A stretch of 64,000 nt of DNA from Nitrospirota bacterium (GCA_963818475.1 CAWFSF010000006.1:1216001-1280000); one strand, 5' to 3'; positions 51,198-64,000 are shown, counted from the first letter of the stretch. Translations and numbers: made by a program. The notes: generated from the sequence alone by a model not told the origin.

Positions 51198-53879
51198 ATG
51201 ATCCCGAATACGGAAAAAAACAAGCTGTATATTATTGACGGCAACTCTTATATTTACCGGGCCTATTACGCCATCCGGGGTCTGACTACTTCCACAGGGC
51301 TCCCTACGAACGCGGTGTTCGGTTTTGCCAATATGCTGCTCAAGGTCATCAAGGACAGAGCTCCCGACCTTCTCGCGATCGCCTTTGATCCCAAAGGTCC
51401 CACCCGCCGTCACCGCGAATATGCCGAGTACAAGGCGCACCGGCCCCCCATGCCCCGCGACCTTGTCCCGCAGATACCGTATATCCATAAGCTTGTCGAA
51501 GCCTTTCGCATCCCGGTCTTCATGCAGGAGGGGCAGGAAGCGGACGATGTCATCGCCACGCTGGCGCGCAGGGCGGAAGCTGACGGATTGGACGTGACCA
51601 TCGTCACCGGAGACAAGGATATCCTCCAGCTCGTCGGGCCGCGCATCAGGGTGTACGACACTCTGAAGGAGAAGATCTATGAACCGCAGGATGTCCAGGA
51701 GCGGTTCGGCGTCCCGCCCGCGGCAGTGATCGAGATCCTCGGCCTCATGGGAGACGCATCGGACAATATCCCCGGCGTGCCAGGCATCGGTGAAAAGACC
51801 GCCCAGACGCTGATGAAGCAGTACGGTTCCATCGAGAACCTGCTCTCCCATCTTGACGAGATCACACGGCCCAAGCTCAGGCAGTCCCTTACGGAGAACG
51901 CGCATCTGGCGCGCCTGAGCCGCGAGCTGGCCCGTCTCCACACCGATATACCGCTCGATGTTTCCTACGAAGCGCTCAGCCCGCAGGAGCCTGACAATCA
52001 GGCACTGCTGGGCCTCCTGCAGGAACTGGAGTTCCCCTCCCTGCTCAAGTACGTTGTGCAGGAACCAGCGCAGGAGGCTGATTACCAGACCATTCTTGAC
52101 GAAACAGCCTTTCAGCGCCTCTTGACCGTGCTCTCGGCGTCAAAAGAGTTCTCCTTCGATACAGAGACCACTTCTCTTTCTCCCATGGAGGCGGATCTCG
52201 TCGGCATCTCCTTTGCGGTGGAGCCCTGGCAGGCATACTATATACCGCTGGGCCATGTCTGCCTGGGGACGCCGCGCCAGCTCGGCCTTGAATACGTGCT
52301 GAAACAACTGAAGCCCATCATGGAAGACTCCGGGATCCTGAAGATCGGCCAGAACATCAAATACGACATTCTCGTGCTCGGTCATTACGGCATTGCTGTC
52401 CAGGGCATTTCATTTGACACCATGATCGCCTCGTACCTGCTGAATCCGGGAAAAACGTCCCACGGCCTTGATGCAATAGCGCTGGAATATCTGAACTACA
52501 AGACCACGACCTATCAGGAGGTCACGGGTTCCGGGAAAAAGCAGATCGGGTTTTGTGAAGTTGACATCAAGACCGCAACCCGCTACTCGGGAGAAGACGC
52601 AGATATCACGCTGCAGCTCAAGCAGAAGCTCTCGCCCATGCTGCAGGAGCAGAACCTTGACACCCTGTTCAGGGACATGGAAATGCCGCTCATGCAGGTG
52701 CTGGCTGAGATGGAGCGGGCCGGCGTAAAGGTCGATGCGGCGCTCCTGGGGACCATGTCGAAGCAGCTCGCACAGAAGATGGAGGCTGTAGAAAAGACGA
52801 TCTATGAACTGGCCGGTGAATCGTTCAACATAAACTCGACGAAACAGCTTGCCGAGATCCTGTTCGTGAAGCTCGGGCTCTCTCCGGTCAAACGGACCAA
52901 GACCGGCTTTTCGACCAATGTGGACGTGCTCGAGGAACTGGCTCACGCACACAGCCTGCCGGCGGAGATCCTTGCGTACCGGAGCCTGTCGAAGCTGAAA
53001 TCGACCTATGTCGACGCGCTGCCGGCCATGATCAACCCCAGGACCGGGCGGCTGCATACGTCGCTGAATCAGACCGTCACGGCAACCGGCAGATTGTCAA
53101 GCAGCGATCCTAATCTCCAGAACATCCCGATCCGGACCGAGATCGGCAGGCAGATCAGAAAGGCCTTTATCGCGGAACAGGGCTGCAGCCTGCTCTCCGC
53201 CGATTATTCGCAGATCGAGCTGCGCATCCTCGCCCACATGAGCGGCGACGACGCCCTCATCGCGCACCTTCATCGCCAATGAGGATGTGCACACCCGAAC
53301 GGCCGCCGAGATCTTCGGCCTGCCTGCCGAAGAGATCACCCCGGAAATGCGGCGCAAGGCAAAAGCGGTCAACTTCGGCATCATTTACGGCATCTCCGCC
53401 TTTGGACTTGCGCAGGACATCGGCGTCTCGAATGCCGAGGCAAAACGCTATATCGACAGCTACTTTGCCCGATATCCCGGGGTCCGGGAGTTCCTCGACA
53501 AGACCATCGACCAGGCAAAAACGACCGGTTTTGTCACCACGCTGTTCGAGAGGCGGCGCTTCATTCCCGAACTGTCGTCATCCGCGGCGGCCGTGCGCAG
53601 CTTCGGTGAGCGTATGGCCGTCAACACGCCCGATCCAGGGCACCGCGGCAGACCTCATTAAGCTCGCCATGATCCGGATCAGCGGAAAGCTCAAGAGCAA
53701 AGGCCTGGCCTCAAGGATGATCCTTCAGGTCCATGACGAACTGGTCTTCGAGATCCCGGACAGCGAGATCGAGATCATGAAGCAGTTCGTACAAGGAGGA
53801 AATGGAAGGCGTGGTCAAGCTGTCGGTCCCGATATTGGTGGACCTGGGCGTGGGCAAGAATTGGGATGAGGCCCATTAG
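51198..53879 (+). CDS. polA: DNA polymerase I (frameshifts in the C-terminal part)
   Basis: IDGNSYIYRAYYA, EADDVIATL, GDASDNIPGVPGIGEKTA, FDTETT, TGRLSSSDPNLQNIP, ADYSQIELR, AKAVNFGIIYG, LQVHDELVFE. Confidence 0.97.
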
Positions 53880-53968
53880 AGCAATGCGGAATGGGGATTG
53901 CGGAATTAGGGCAGCAGACCAGTCAACCGCTTTTATTGCGCACATCTTCCTTAAAATACGATTACCTT

Positions 53969-56900
53969 CTATTTAAACTCAAACCGAAACTTCACGTCGC
54001 CGCCGATCGTGCCCAGTTCATTCTGCTCACCGACCAGGGAAAAATGCTTATCCAGAACATACTCGATGCGGAATACCGTATCGGGCGTCGTCGTGCCGAC
54101 GTTCGATGAGTACGTAAAATAGAGTCTGTCCTGAACAAGCTCTTTGCCCACCGTTACCCGCGGCACTGACGTGTCTTTGCTCAAGTAAGGGTCTACCTGG
54201 AATCGGTCAAGACCGGTAAGGCTCCGGGCTCTCCTTTCGAAGATGTCCTGGAACTGGCCGGTAGCGAACGAGGCCGCTTCGCTCATGCCGACCTCCGCAC
54301 CCTTCCCTTTAAGATCAGCGCTTGTTTTCCCAAGGGCGAGCATGCTCAGGACATCCGTTTCGGACAAAGGCGGATCGGAAAAGAAGGTCACGACAGCCCG
54401 GTCCGCAGGTCCGGAGACCGTCATCCGGATAAGGTATTCCCGGATCCGCGTTTCCGCCTGAATGTCGAGAATCGGGTTGATCCGGTTCGGGTCCACAAAA
54501 TCCACTGAAGCATGCTGGATCTTAAAATCGTTCCGCCTGAAGTAGGCCACGCCGGTCCGGGCCTCAAGCCGCCCGAGCAGCTGCGGCTGGCCGGCTGTGC
54601 CGCGGATGAACGTATCCACCTCGATCGGTATCTTTGCAAGGTTGTTCTGGATCAGGATATTGTCCTTTCCGTGAAAGCGGATGTTCAACTGCGTCTCGCC
54701 GATCCAGCCGATCTCCGTTTTCCTTCTTTGTGAAAAACCTTTGAACGTCTCCAGGAGCATGCTTTTCCACTCAACCCGCTTTTCATAGAGCGCGCGTTTG
54801 ATAAGGACATCGCCCGAGAGGTTTTGTTCTGCAGCGTCACCGTCATAATACAGCTCACCGGACAACGTGGAGACGAGGCCGGGAGGATAACGCACCGTCA
54901 CGTTGTCAAAAGCCACGCGGTCGAGAACTCTTCCGGGGCAAATCGCTCAAGCTGCACCCGGCCTGAGAGTTTCATTCCGCCGCCGCCGACATTGCCGGCG
55001 AGGGAGTCAACAACGATCCGTTCCCGGTTGATAGTCAATAGTGCCGTTCAAAGCGCTGAATTTCTGCGGGACATCTTTTATTTTGATCTCGCCGTTCTCA
55101 AGGCGCAGTTCTCCGGCGATCTCAGGATCATCCCAGGACCCTCTCACCGTAAGCTTTACGTCTGCATTACCGTCACCATGTTCGACTTCACGGTAGAACA
55201 GCCTCAGCAGTGAAAGATTCGCCTTTCCGGCGCACGCGAGATCGTAGTCCTTCTTGATCCGCAAACTGCCGGTGACGGCCATACGGGTACCCGTTCCGGT
55301 GAAGCTGAGCGCTTTGACCAGGAGTTTGCCGGCTTCCATGTTTATGACCGCGTCGCCCTCGTTCTCAAGCCGATAATCGCCCAGGGCAAAACTGAGTTGC
55401 TGAAACACAGCTGATCCGGAAAGTAAAGGAGATGTCCCCCTGCCCTGCGCGGCCACTCTTCCGTCGGCAACGATCTTCACCCGCGAGAGCGCCTCGCTGC
55501 CCGGCGGTATAATGAGCGGCGCAATATCCGCGGACCGCAGGTCGGCGCTGGCGCTCCAGGCATAAGGCGGCCGCAGGTCCATGCTGCCGGCCAGCCGCGT
55601 CTTGTTCGCAGGCAAGTCCGCTTCAACGGTCATCATACCGGCATCGATACCGAGCGTTGCTTTACAGGCTCCCATGCTGACCTGACGATACCGGAGATCG
55701 TCGAGCGTCAACGTCGATTTCAGCTGCAGAGCTGAGAATGGTCCGCTCGAATTGATCTCGAGATTGAAGGGTCCGGACAGGGATATGCCGGAAAGATGGT
55801 CCACGTCCGAAAGGTTCACCCCCCTGCTCGTTAACTGGGCTGCGTAGGTGCGGTTAAACCCGATCCAGCCGTTTCCCTCCACCACTCCCCCTCCCTTGTG
55901 CACCACGACCTGCGGGAACGAGACCCGTTCAGGAGTGAGTGCGACCGTGAGGGAACCTTTTGAGAAAGACTCGCCGTACGCGGAGCCGGGCCCGACGTTC
56001 AGCGTCGCATTGCCGTCGAAGTCCTTGCTCGTGCCGATGAACGTGATCTCGCCGGTCGCTGAAAGCTGGAGCGGCAGGGGCCGGTAAAATAACGAAACAA
56101 CGCTCGCGACATCCGAGCGTACCACATTCAGACGCGCTGCGTAAAAGATGTTCTCGCGGCTGAAATCGATTGATCCATCCAGTATATACCGCGACCCCAG
56201 TTGATGAATATCCACGCTGGAAAACGATAATTTTTTATCGCGAAACTGCATTTTGCCGGCAGCATCATGGAACAGAATGTCTTTAATAGTGACCGGGCCG
56301 GCCGAAAGGCTGCCGTCAAACACGGGTGAGAACAGTTCGCCGGTCAACCTGCCATGAAGCGCTGCTGTTCCTTCCAGAGATACTCCGGTGAGGAAGGAAA
56401 GTGTCCTGCTCTTGCCGTTGGACTCGAAGCTGAGCTCGGCGTTATACCCTTTTGCGCCATCGATACTGCCTGTTGCGCGGGCAACGAGGTCGCCGGCGAT
56501 GATCTCCAGCTTTTTTATGTCGAAATTCGGCGCACGATGATCGAGAATCGCCGTAACGCTGTCAACGACCATGCTGGTCCGGGCCCTGGCGATCTTCCAC
56601 TGCTTACCGGTCAGGCTCAGCAGATTGTTGCGGTACGAGAACGTCAGGCCTGCCTCCTGCACCGTGAACGTTTTATAGGGAATATTGTACAGCGTGACGG
56701 CGCCGTCAACGACAGGCTCTGTCATCCGGCCCTTTGCCGAGACCGCCAGGTCGATAAGCGGACGCAGTCCTTTTGACGTTTTTTTGTTCAGCAGTGCTGA
56801 GAAACGGCCAAGCGTCTTCTGTCCGAAACGGCCTTTCATCGTCAGGTCCAGGCTGCCATCGGGCACTGTCCCCATGCTGCCGGAAGCCGTGATCTTCCCA

Positions 56901-57593
56901 TCGGGGGCAAGGAGCTCAAGGCTGGTGAGCGTCAGCTTGTCGTTGCCGTACTCCGCCCTGCCGCGGAGATCGAAGATTAGTGCCGGTTGTGCTTTCGCGG
57001 CGATTCGGACCGATGCGCTTTGCACCGACATCCTGATATTGTTTGCCGGCGTCTTGAATCGGACGTTCATGCTGAGGCCGGAGACCGAAAGGGTCGTTTC
57101 CGACGCTTCGTCCAGAAAATCGATGGTGCCGCGGTGGATCCTGATCGTACCGGGATCAACGGTAAAACGGGAGGGTCCTTTCTTCTGGCGCTCCCCTGCG
57201 GCAGTCTTGATGCGGTCGGCCATTTGCATCAAGGATAGGTCGCCGGTCGTATTTCGGGTTGAACGGATGTGCGGTTCCAACAAGGTTATCGTAGGCAGGC
57301 TGATCCGTTTCAGCACCAGCGGAAAAGGATTGATATACACCCGTAACTTTCGGACCTGAACCGCATCGATGCCGCTCGCGTCGGGAACGAAGACATCCCT
57401 CACCTCGATATAGAGCGGGACCGCATTGGCCTTGATCATGCCGATACGGGCAACGGGACCAAGCATCTCCTGCAAAGGGGAAAGGATGTACGGCCGGAGG
57501 CGTGCGGAAAAAGCGTCGCTTTGGACGTAATAGTCGAGCGCTATGACAAGCATGGCGAGTAGCAGCACTATCATGGAAGAGTCGTTTTTTCAT
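53969..57593 (-). CDS. tamB: Translocation and assembly module TamB/AsmA-like protein (frameshifted)
   Basis: N-terminal TM anchor, long beta-rich repeats, DUF490-like C-terminus (NPILDIQAET, SDPPLSETDVLSML, GGDVKFRFEFK). Confidence 0.82.
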
Positions 57594-57720
57594 AAAAAGC
57601 CGTATCTATTCAACACATCTGAAACCAGAAGAGTCGCACCGGAGAAAAAACCTTTTTATCCGCAGATTTCGCAGTTGACGCAGATTTTAAAACGACACAA
57701 TCAGGTACGATTGATTTAGC

Positions 57721-57872
57721 TTCAGAAACCCGAAGAAGAACCTTTTAGGAGAAATGGAGAAGGATGGTGAAATGGGGATTAGCTCTTATTAATAAGGCAA
57801 TTACCCCTTTTCTCCCAACTTCCCCCTTTCTCCTCCGAAGAGGTTCTTGCTCTTCGATTTCGGTTTTATGAA
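57721..57872. repeat. Long imperfect intergenic palindrome with purine-rich short-period arms
   Basis: AGGAGAAATGGAGAAGGATGGTGAAATGGGGAT...CTTATTAATAAG...CCCCTTTTCTCCCAACTTCCCCCTTTCTCCT. Confidence 0.7.
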
Positions 57873-57893
57873 CTTTTCAATTTCAATGCGAAG

Positions 57894-60464
57894 CTAGCCC
57901 AGGACCTTCAGGAGCTCTCCTTTGATCCTCCTGAGACGGACGTCGTCAGTGACCTTCCTCCTCAGCAGATCGGTCACGTAGAAGGAATCCATGACCCGCA
58001 CACCCTCGGTCACGATCTTCGCCGATGCGATGTCCAGATTAAGGTCGTACAATGCTTTGGTCACGCGATAGAGCAAGCCGACCCTGTCCCGTGCCGTGAT
58101 ATCGATGATCGAGAATGCGTCTGAAGAATCATTGTCGAATTCCACTAAAGGCGTGACCATTGCCGGAGCCGCACTGACCGGCACGGAGCTCCCGGGTTCA
58201 GGCAGACGGCTCTCGTTCATCAAGACCGCCCGGAGCGTTCTGCAGACACTCTCCCATGCATCGTCATAGGTACAGATCGTACCGTCAGGATCGGTCACCT
58301 GGAAGGTGTCTATCATGACGCCGCTCTTTGTGGTATAGACCTGGGCCCGAAGAATACTGAGGTTCTTCGACGCGATCGTACCCGCGGTCCGGTAGAACAT
58401 GCCGTAAGCATCATAGGCGCACACCGTAAGCTCTGTAAAGCCCTTTTCCGGATAATGGCGATACTGGATGAGGAGCTTTTCTTCCGGCAAACGCCGCATC
58501 ATGCCCATATGGTCCAGGACCCGGGAGACCGGCGTATACAGCAGATACTGGTCCGGCATGACTGACAGGAACTCATCGATCTCCCGGGTCGAAAATAATT
58601 CGCTCGCGGCGGACCTGTATGCGTGACGACGCCGCGATCACCCGGGCATGTTCTTCCTCACCAACAGGAGCGCCTCGTTCGAGGTACTTGACCGTTCTGA
58701 GGTAGAGGTCCTGGAGCAGGACCGCCTTCCATTGTGTCCAGGCCGTCGGGTTGACCGCGGAAATGTCGGCATAGGTCAGCAGGTAGAGCAGGGAAAGGTT
58801 CTCCTGGTCCGCCACAACATGCGCGAAATCGGCAATGACCTTCCGGTCCGTCAGCTCCCGCCGCTGCGACAGGTTCGACATGATCAGATGGTTCCTGATG
58901 AGAAAAAGGATCCGTTCACGGTCCTCTCCCTCCACCGCCATCCGTGCAAGGATCGCTTCGGCGATCTTCTCCCCCCGCAGTTCATGGTCTGTACGGTATG
59001 CTTTTCCCAGGTCATGGAGCAGCACCGCCAGTATCAGGACCCACCGTTTCTTCAGTCCCTTGAACGCTTCGGACAGTGTCGTCAGGGCGGGGAAATTCCC
59101 CGACCAGAGGTTCTGGAGGTTGCGGATCGCGAGCAGGATATGCTCGTCGACCGTGTATTTATGGTAATAATCATGCCGCGCCAGCGCCTGGATGGCGCGG
59201 AACTCCGGCAGATATCTGCCGAGGAACCGAAGGTCCTTCATGAGCGTCAGCGTTTCGGAAAGGTTGTCCGGATTGTTCAGGATGGAGATAAAGGCCCGCG
59301 ACGCAGCTGCCGATGTTCTGACGCGGTCATCGATCCTGCATGAGCTGATCAGGGTCCTGAGCCGGTCGGACAGCACCGCATGGCGCGACTGGGCGAGCTC
59401 AAATGCCGTCATGATCAGCGAGGGATCGTCCTGACAGGAACTGTCCGGCGAAGGCACGAGCGTCCTGCCGATGAGCGAGAACGGGCCGAGCGACAATGTT
59501 CGCTCGAACCAGCGGGTGCGCGGTTTCCGCAGCACGGCTTCGGAGACGATATTCGAGAACTCCCGGATATTCCTGGCGTGCAGAAAATAGGATTTCATGA
59601 ACCGTTCAACAGCCAGCAGGTGCGTTGAATCGCGGTAATGAAAATCCCGGGCCGTGCGCTCCTGGAGGTCGAAGGTAAGGTGGTCGTTCTTGCGGCCCGA
59701 GAGATAGTGGAGCTCGTTCCGCACCCGCCATAGGAAGTTGCGGGAGCGGAGAAAAACAGCGTACTGCCCTGCCGTCAGGACCCCCTCGCGCACCAGATCG
59801 GCAAGTGACGCGATCCGGTAGTGCGCAAAAGCGATCCAGAAAGCGGTATGAAAATCCCTGAGCCCCCCGGCCCCTTCCTTGATGTTCGGTTCCCGCAAGT
59901 AGATGGAGCCGCCGTATTTCAGGCGGGTGGCAATGCGCTCAGCCACCTTTTCATTGATGTACGCGGCGGCCCGCCAGTGGAAGACGTCGCTTTGCATGGC
60001 CGAGAGAAAGGAGGCATAGAGCGCCGGTTCGCCGGCGATCAGGCGGGATTCTATCAGGGAGGTCCGGATCTTGCTGTCCTGCCGGGCAAGGTCAACGCAT
60101 TCCTTGACCGTGCGCACGCTGTACGCAATGTCCATGCCCGCATCCCAGAGCATGTAGAGCAGTTCCGTGGAGCACTGACGATCGGCATCGTCCCGGCACA
60201 GGAACATGATATCGATGTCGGAATGGGGGTTCAGTTCTCCCCTGCCGTATCCTCCGATGGCGATGAGCGCGGGCATCGAGGGCTGAGAAAGCCGGCCGTG
60301 CGCCTGCGGAGCACCCTGTCGATCAGGCCGGTCCGCCGCTGGACCACCTCGCTGCCATCGGCGCCGGAAAAATGCGCTGTCCTGATGACGGTTTCCTCTT
60401 CATCGAGCAGGGCCTTGATCCCGCCGTCAAGCGTGTGAGCCGGTGTTTGATCCAATTTCTTCAC
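57894..60464 (-). CDS. glnD: PII uridylyltransferase/uridylyl-removing enzyme (two frameshifts)
   Basis: AIGGYGRGELNPHSDIDI, EPNIKEGAGGLRD, HKYTVDEH, LLHDLGK (HD domain), two ACT domains (DRVGLLY). Confidence 0.95.
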
Positions 60465-60525
60465 GATGGGGTATTACCGCGAATCTCCACGAGAAGGCCG
60501 TGGACCCTTCGCGCCAGACAACAGG

Positions 60526-60936
60526 TCATTTAAACGCTACGGATTTGATCTCGTCCATGGCCAGCATGAAACTGCCGAACCCTGCATCGCCGTAACAGCG
60601 GGCATCGGCGTCAACGTCAACCGTGGTCTCGCTGCCGTCCTTGAGGTGAACGGTCACGCGCACTTTCCGGTCTCGCTTCTCCCCTACGGTGAATTCCTTG
60701 ATCTTGTCGAAGGGGATCACCACCTGGGCCATGCCCATCGAACCGTCCAGATGGATCCGTCCTTCCCAGCTGAACTTTTCACCCTCGATCTTGTTGCCCG
60801 ATGCATCGGTGACCAGTACGGCAAAGTTCTTTTCCACCCGCGGCGACCGTTCAAAGCCACTGCCTTTTCCGCCCATGGCCATGAGCAGCAGTGCCAGGGT
60901 CGCCAGCAGAACGAGGGAACCAACACGTTTCATCAT
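60526..60936 (-). CDS. Exported hypothetical protein
   Basis: N-terminal signal or anchor then beta-rich domain; AAGGAG RBS. Confidence 0.7.
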   Translation of the reverse strand: MMKRVGSLVLLATLALLLMAMGGKGSGFERSPRVEKNFAVLVTDASGNKIEGEKFSWEGRIHLDGSMGMAQVVIPFDKIKEFTVGEKRDRKVRVTVHLKDGSETTVDVDADARCYGDAGFGSFMLAMDEIKSVAFK

Positions 60937-61114
60937 CGAGAAGCTCCTTTCAAGTGCATATCAGGAAACAATGCAGCCGCTGCACAGTGCGGAGCGGCCT
61001 CACGTAACGCTGTTTTTCTAAGGTACCATAATGACCGAATGCTTTCAAGAAAAAAGCTTGCAAAGGCCGGTTGCGTTGTGTAAGTTTAGGGGGCATTCAT
61101 AGAGGAGGAACACC

Positions 61115-61888
61115 GTGGACAACACGTTTTCACAACTGGTGGATCTCATGGCGCAGCTCCGCGGCCCCGACGGCTGTCCCTGGGACCGGAAACAGACGCC
61201 GGAGTCGCTCAAGCCGTTCCTGATCGAGGAATGCTACGAGGTCATCGATGCTATTGAGGAAGGCTCTCCGGACAAGGTCAGGGACGAACTGGGAGACCTG
61301 CTGTTCCAGATCGTCTTCCACGCGCGCATCGCCGAGGAGCAGGGCCAGTTCACCATCCAGGACGTCATCACGGCCATTCATGAGAAGATGACCAGGCGGC
61401 ATCCCCATGTGTTCGGCGACGAAAAGCTTTCCACGGACAAGGAAGTGCTTGCGAACTGGGAGGAGATCAAGAAAAAGGAAAAAGGGCATGAGGACCGGAA
61501 GTCCATCCTCGAAGGAGTGCCGAAGGAGCTGCCCTCGCTGCTGCGCGCCCACCGGCTCCAGGAGCGGGCGGCGCGAGTGGGTTTCGACTGGAACCATTTG
61601 AACGAGGCGCTGCCCAAGCTCGACGAGGAGATAGCCGAGTTCAAGGAGTCGCTCAAGACGGAGGACGCCGCGAAGATCGAGGAGGAACTGGGCGACGTCT
61701 TCTTCACGCTCGTGAACGTCTCCCGGTTCCTCGGCGTTAATCCCGAAGAGGCGCTCCGGAAGACCATCGGCAAGTTCATCCACCGGTTCCGGTATATCGA
61801 GGAGCAGGCCGCGGATGCGGGAAGGTCGCTGAAGGATATGACGCTGGATGAGATGGAAGAGCTCTGGCAGGAGGCGAAGAACAAATAA
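61115..61888 (+). CDS. mazG: Nucleoside triphosphate pyrophosphohydrolase MazG
   Basis: LRGPDGCPWDRKQT, ELGDLLFQ, RRHPHVF, GFDW, EELGDVFF. Confidence 0.97.
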   Translation: MDNTFSQLVDLMAQLRGPDGCPWDRKQTPESLKPFLIEECYEVIDAIEEGSPDKVRDELGDLLFQIVFHARIAEEQGQFTIQDVITAIHEKMTRRHPHVFGDEKLSTDKEVLANWEEIKKKEKGHEDRKSILEGVPKELPSLLRAHRLQERAARVGFDWNHLNEALPKLDEEIAEFKESLKTEDAAKIEEELGDVFFTLVNVSRFLGVNPEEALRKTIGKFIHRFRYIEEQAADAGRSLKDMTLDEMEELWQEAKNK

Positions 61889-61920
61889 AAAAAGCGAGGG
61901 AACCTCTCGGCCCCCCTCGC
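61887..61920 (-). terminator. Terminator between convergent genes
   Basis: GCGAGGG...CCCTCGC stem followed by a T-tract on the minus strand. Confidence 0.55.
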
Positions 61921-61991
61921 GCGTTGTAACTTCCCGCCTGTATCCCTATCCTATGCCGCCCATTCCGGCCAAAGCTACACAGAGCTTCCTA

Positions 61992-64000
61992 CTATTTAGT
62001 TATGCTCAAACTGTAGGACCCGTACTTTCCTGCTGATTTCGGTCTATTGGAAGATGGGCTTATCTTTACATAGTACGTTCCATCGCCTGGCGCTGTCCAA
62101 ACAATCCTCGATGCCAAGTTCGTGGTGTTATTGAGTGGCGCATCCAGCCATCCATAGTAGTTATAACAGTCATAGTTTTGTAACCCCGAGCAGCTACTGT
62201 CGCCATTTCCTGCTACCCAGGTAGTCGTGTTCGTATTGTCACTGGTCGTTGAACCTATTTGGATCTCAGTGCCGACATTGTCGCAGAGGGTCAGATATGT
62301 ATCTGCCCCATTCAATAGATTGTTCGTCGTGATGGTATAAGTCGCCCCGTTCGATGCAGTGAACATGACATAATCCTTATCAGAGTCTGGCCAAGCGGCA
62401 GATGAATATAGTCTGCGATTTTGGGCTGAGCCATTGACCGTAAAGGTCTGCGCCGTGCTGATGAGATCATCTGTTTCATATGGATCATTGCTGTAATAGA
62501 TGAGTCTATTGGTATAAATAGACGCTGCAGGATCTCCAAAGAGATCTTTCCACCTGTCGTAAAAGAGCTCCAGATTGACCGGCTCTGTTGCCAATGGTGG
62601 CGAAGTCTTGAACCCGGCGATCACATCCCAGATATTTTGCATGCCGTAATTACCCGTTCCGGTCAAGTGGTTCCAGAGGACATTTGCGACCGCTACCTCG
62701 TTGGTTGAGTATATGCAGTCGCCATAGCAATAAGGGGATCCTGCTCCCTCTGGGGCTGCAACATCCACAATGAGGTATGCCTCTCCGCTCACCGTGTCGA
62801 CGTACTGCGACAGCGGCATTCCCGCCTTCGACGATATAAGGGAGGGATCGGCGCTGTTCAGCCAGAATTTAACAGCTCCCTGGAAGAAATTGCCCCACCC
62901 TTCGCTCCAGGTCAGGCGCATGTCAAGGTCGTTCGCGTTCAGATAATGCGGTCCGCCCTTCGAATCATCCTTGGAAAAATTAAATGTCGTAAAATGCCCG
63001 AACTCATGGAACAGAACGTCATCATCAAACTCGTCAGTATCCCCGGAGCTGAAGGGATCGCTCAGCACATAAATGCCGACCCCGCCGGGGCAATAGGTTG
63101 CTCCATAATCGTCGCAAAAGTAGGTCCCATTGGAGACGTCATTTTCCCAGAAGGCATTGAGCGATAGCGTATTCAGAACGGGTGATCCTGCAGCGTATAC
63201 ATTCAGGAATTCAAACCCGCTGGTCATGACGTCAAGGATGTTGAATGCGCCGTCCGCCTGGCTGGTGACGGGGATCGACAGGTCGATCGACGTATTCCCG
63301 GAAAGTGTGAAATTGCTGGTCTTTACCGAGAAGATCTTGTCGCTCCAGTTTTTGACGTTCATTTGCTGCGAGCCCGCGGGCGTCGCTGAGGACATCACCC
63401 GCACAAACATGTTCGTATTGATGTAGGTCGAAGGAATCGAGAAGGAATAGGAACCGTCGGAATTCGTCGCAGACGAAGCGATGCTAGTGGATGTCGACGC
63501 ACTGACCATTTCTATATCGGCAAGACGCACCGCTTTAAAGGTCGTTTTCCCGGTAAATCCATCGGTACGATCATATTCCTTGTCCTCGTAGGCCACCTTG
63601 CCGCTGACGGTCACCGACACCGGCGTGTCCGATGTAGGGGTCGCGGACGTCACCGGTGACGCAGGCCCCAGGCCGAAGGAATTCACGCCCTTCATGACAT
63701 AATAATAAGTCGTGCCATTCAACACCGCGCTGTCGACATAGCTGGTCGTCGTTCCCGATATCCCCGTAACAAGCGTCGTGGTCACCGTTGAAACCGTGTC
63801 CCGGTAGAGGTTGTAGGACGTGGCCTCATTCACCGCTGTCCAGTTCAAGTTCACGTGCGGCGTGTTTGTGCCGCTCGACGCCATGGCCATGACCGTGGCG
63901 GGCTGTGACGGAACCGCGATCTTCGCCGATATTTCGGCGGACGCCGGACCTTCAAGACCGGAGCTATTTACACCGGTCACAATATAGTAAAATGCGGAAT
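61992..64000 (-). CDS. Secreted FN3-repeat protein with zincin-like HExxH domain and PPC-like C-terminus (5' end outside the window)
   Basis: FN3 (LNWTAVNEATSYNLYR, YYYVMKGVN), DDVLFHEFGH...TWSEGWG, DKDYVMFTA...DTYLTL; frame stays open to the window edge. Confidence 0.75.
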   Translation of the reverse strand, partial: SAFYYIVTGVNSSGLEGPASAEISAKIAVPSQPATVMAMASSGTNTPHVNLNWTAVNEATSYNLYRDTVSTVTTTLVTGISGTTTSYVDSAVLNGTTYYYVMKGVNSFGLGPASPVTSATPTSDTPVSVTVSGKVAYEDKEYDRTDGFTGKTTFKAVRLADIEMVSASTSTSIASSATNSDGSYSFSIPSTYINTNMFVRVMSSATPAGSQQMNVKNWSDKIFSVKTSNFTLSGNTSIDLSIPVTSQADGAFNILDVMTSGFEFLNVYAAGSPVLNTLSLNAFWENDVSNGTYFCDDYGATYCPGGVGIYVLSDPFSSGDTDEFDDDVLFHEFGHFTTFNFSKDDSKGGPHYLNANDLDMRLTWSEGWGNFFQGAVKFWLNSADPSLISSKAGMPLSQYVDTVSGEAYLIVDVAAPEGAGSPYCYGDCIYSTNEVAVANVLWNHLTGTGNYGMQNIWDVIAGFKTSPPLATEPVNLELFYDRWKDLFGDPAASIYTNRLIYYSNDPYETDDLISTAQTFTVNGSAQNRRLYSSAAWPDSDKDYVMFTASNGATYTITTNNLLNGADTYLTLCDNVGTEIQIGSTTSDNTNTTTWVAGNGDSSCSGLQNYDCYNYYGWLDAPLNNTTNLASRIVWTAPGDGTYYVKISPSSNRPKSAGKYGSYSLSITK

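Overview
Mostly minus-strand core-genome window from a moderately GC-rich Gram-negative bacterium. Gene order and protein style suggest Nitrospirota or a deltaproteobacteria-like lineage (inference). Core blocks: rimP-nusA-ylxR/L7Ae-infB-DUF503-rbfA-nrnA; alpha-2-macroglobulin/pbpC; RRM protein-rpsU; ccsA-hemA-hemC-cobA/hemD-HesB-hemB; lolCE/lolD, lysS, purC, a CorC-type gene, a UbiD gene; aroE-pilB-pilT-pilC-pilS-pilR; pgsA, tRNA-Thr(CGT); polA, tamB, glnD, mazG and a truncated secreted FN3 metalloprotease-like gene. Many genes, including essential ones, carry single-base frameshifts, most likely long-read errors. The accessory zone at about 41.8-51.1 kb holds the best signals. (1) A sigma54/IHF-type promoter drives ComFB-family protein, NHL propeller and a ~683-aa multiheme cytochrome whose N-terminus closely resembles the OmcE nanowire subunit, followed by up to 8 more hemes. 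(2) A RAYT transposase sits among about 12 GTAG-type REPs of two variants, one doublet lying in frame inside a signal peptide. (3) A lux-box-like operator abuts the -35 of a secreted-protein operon. (4) Toxin-antitoxin modules are stacked, one truncated. Many intergenic spacers also carry short-period tandem repeats arranged as inverted arms.
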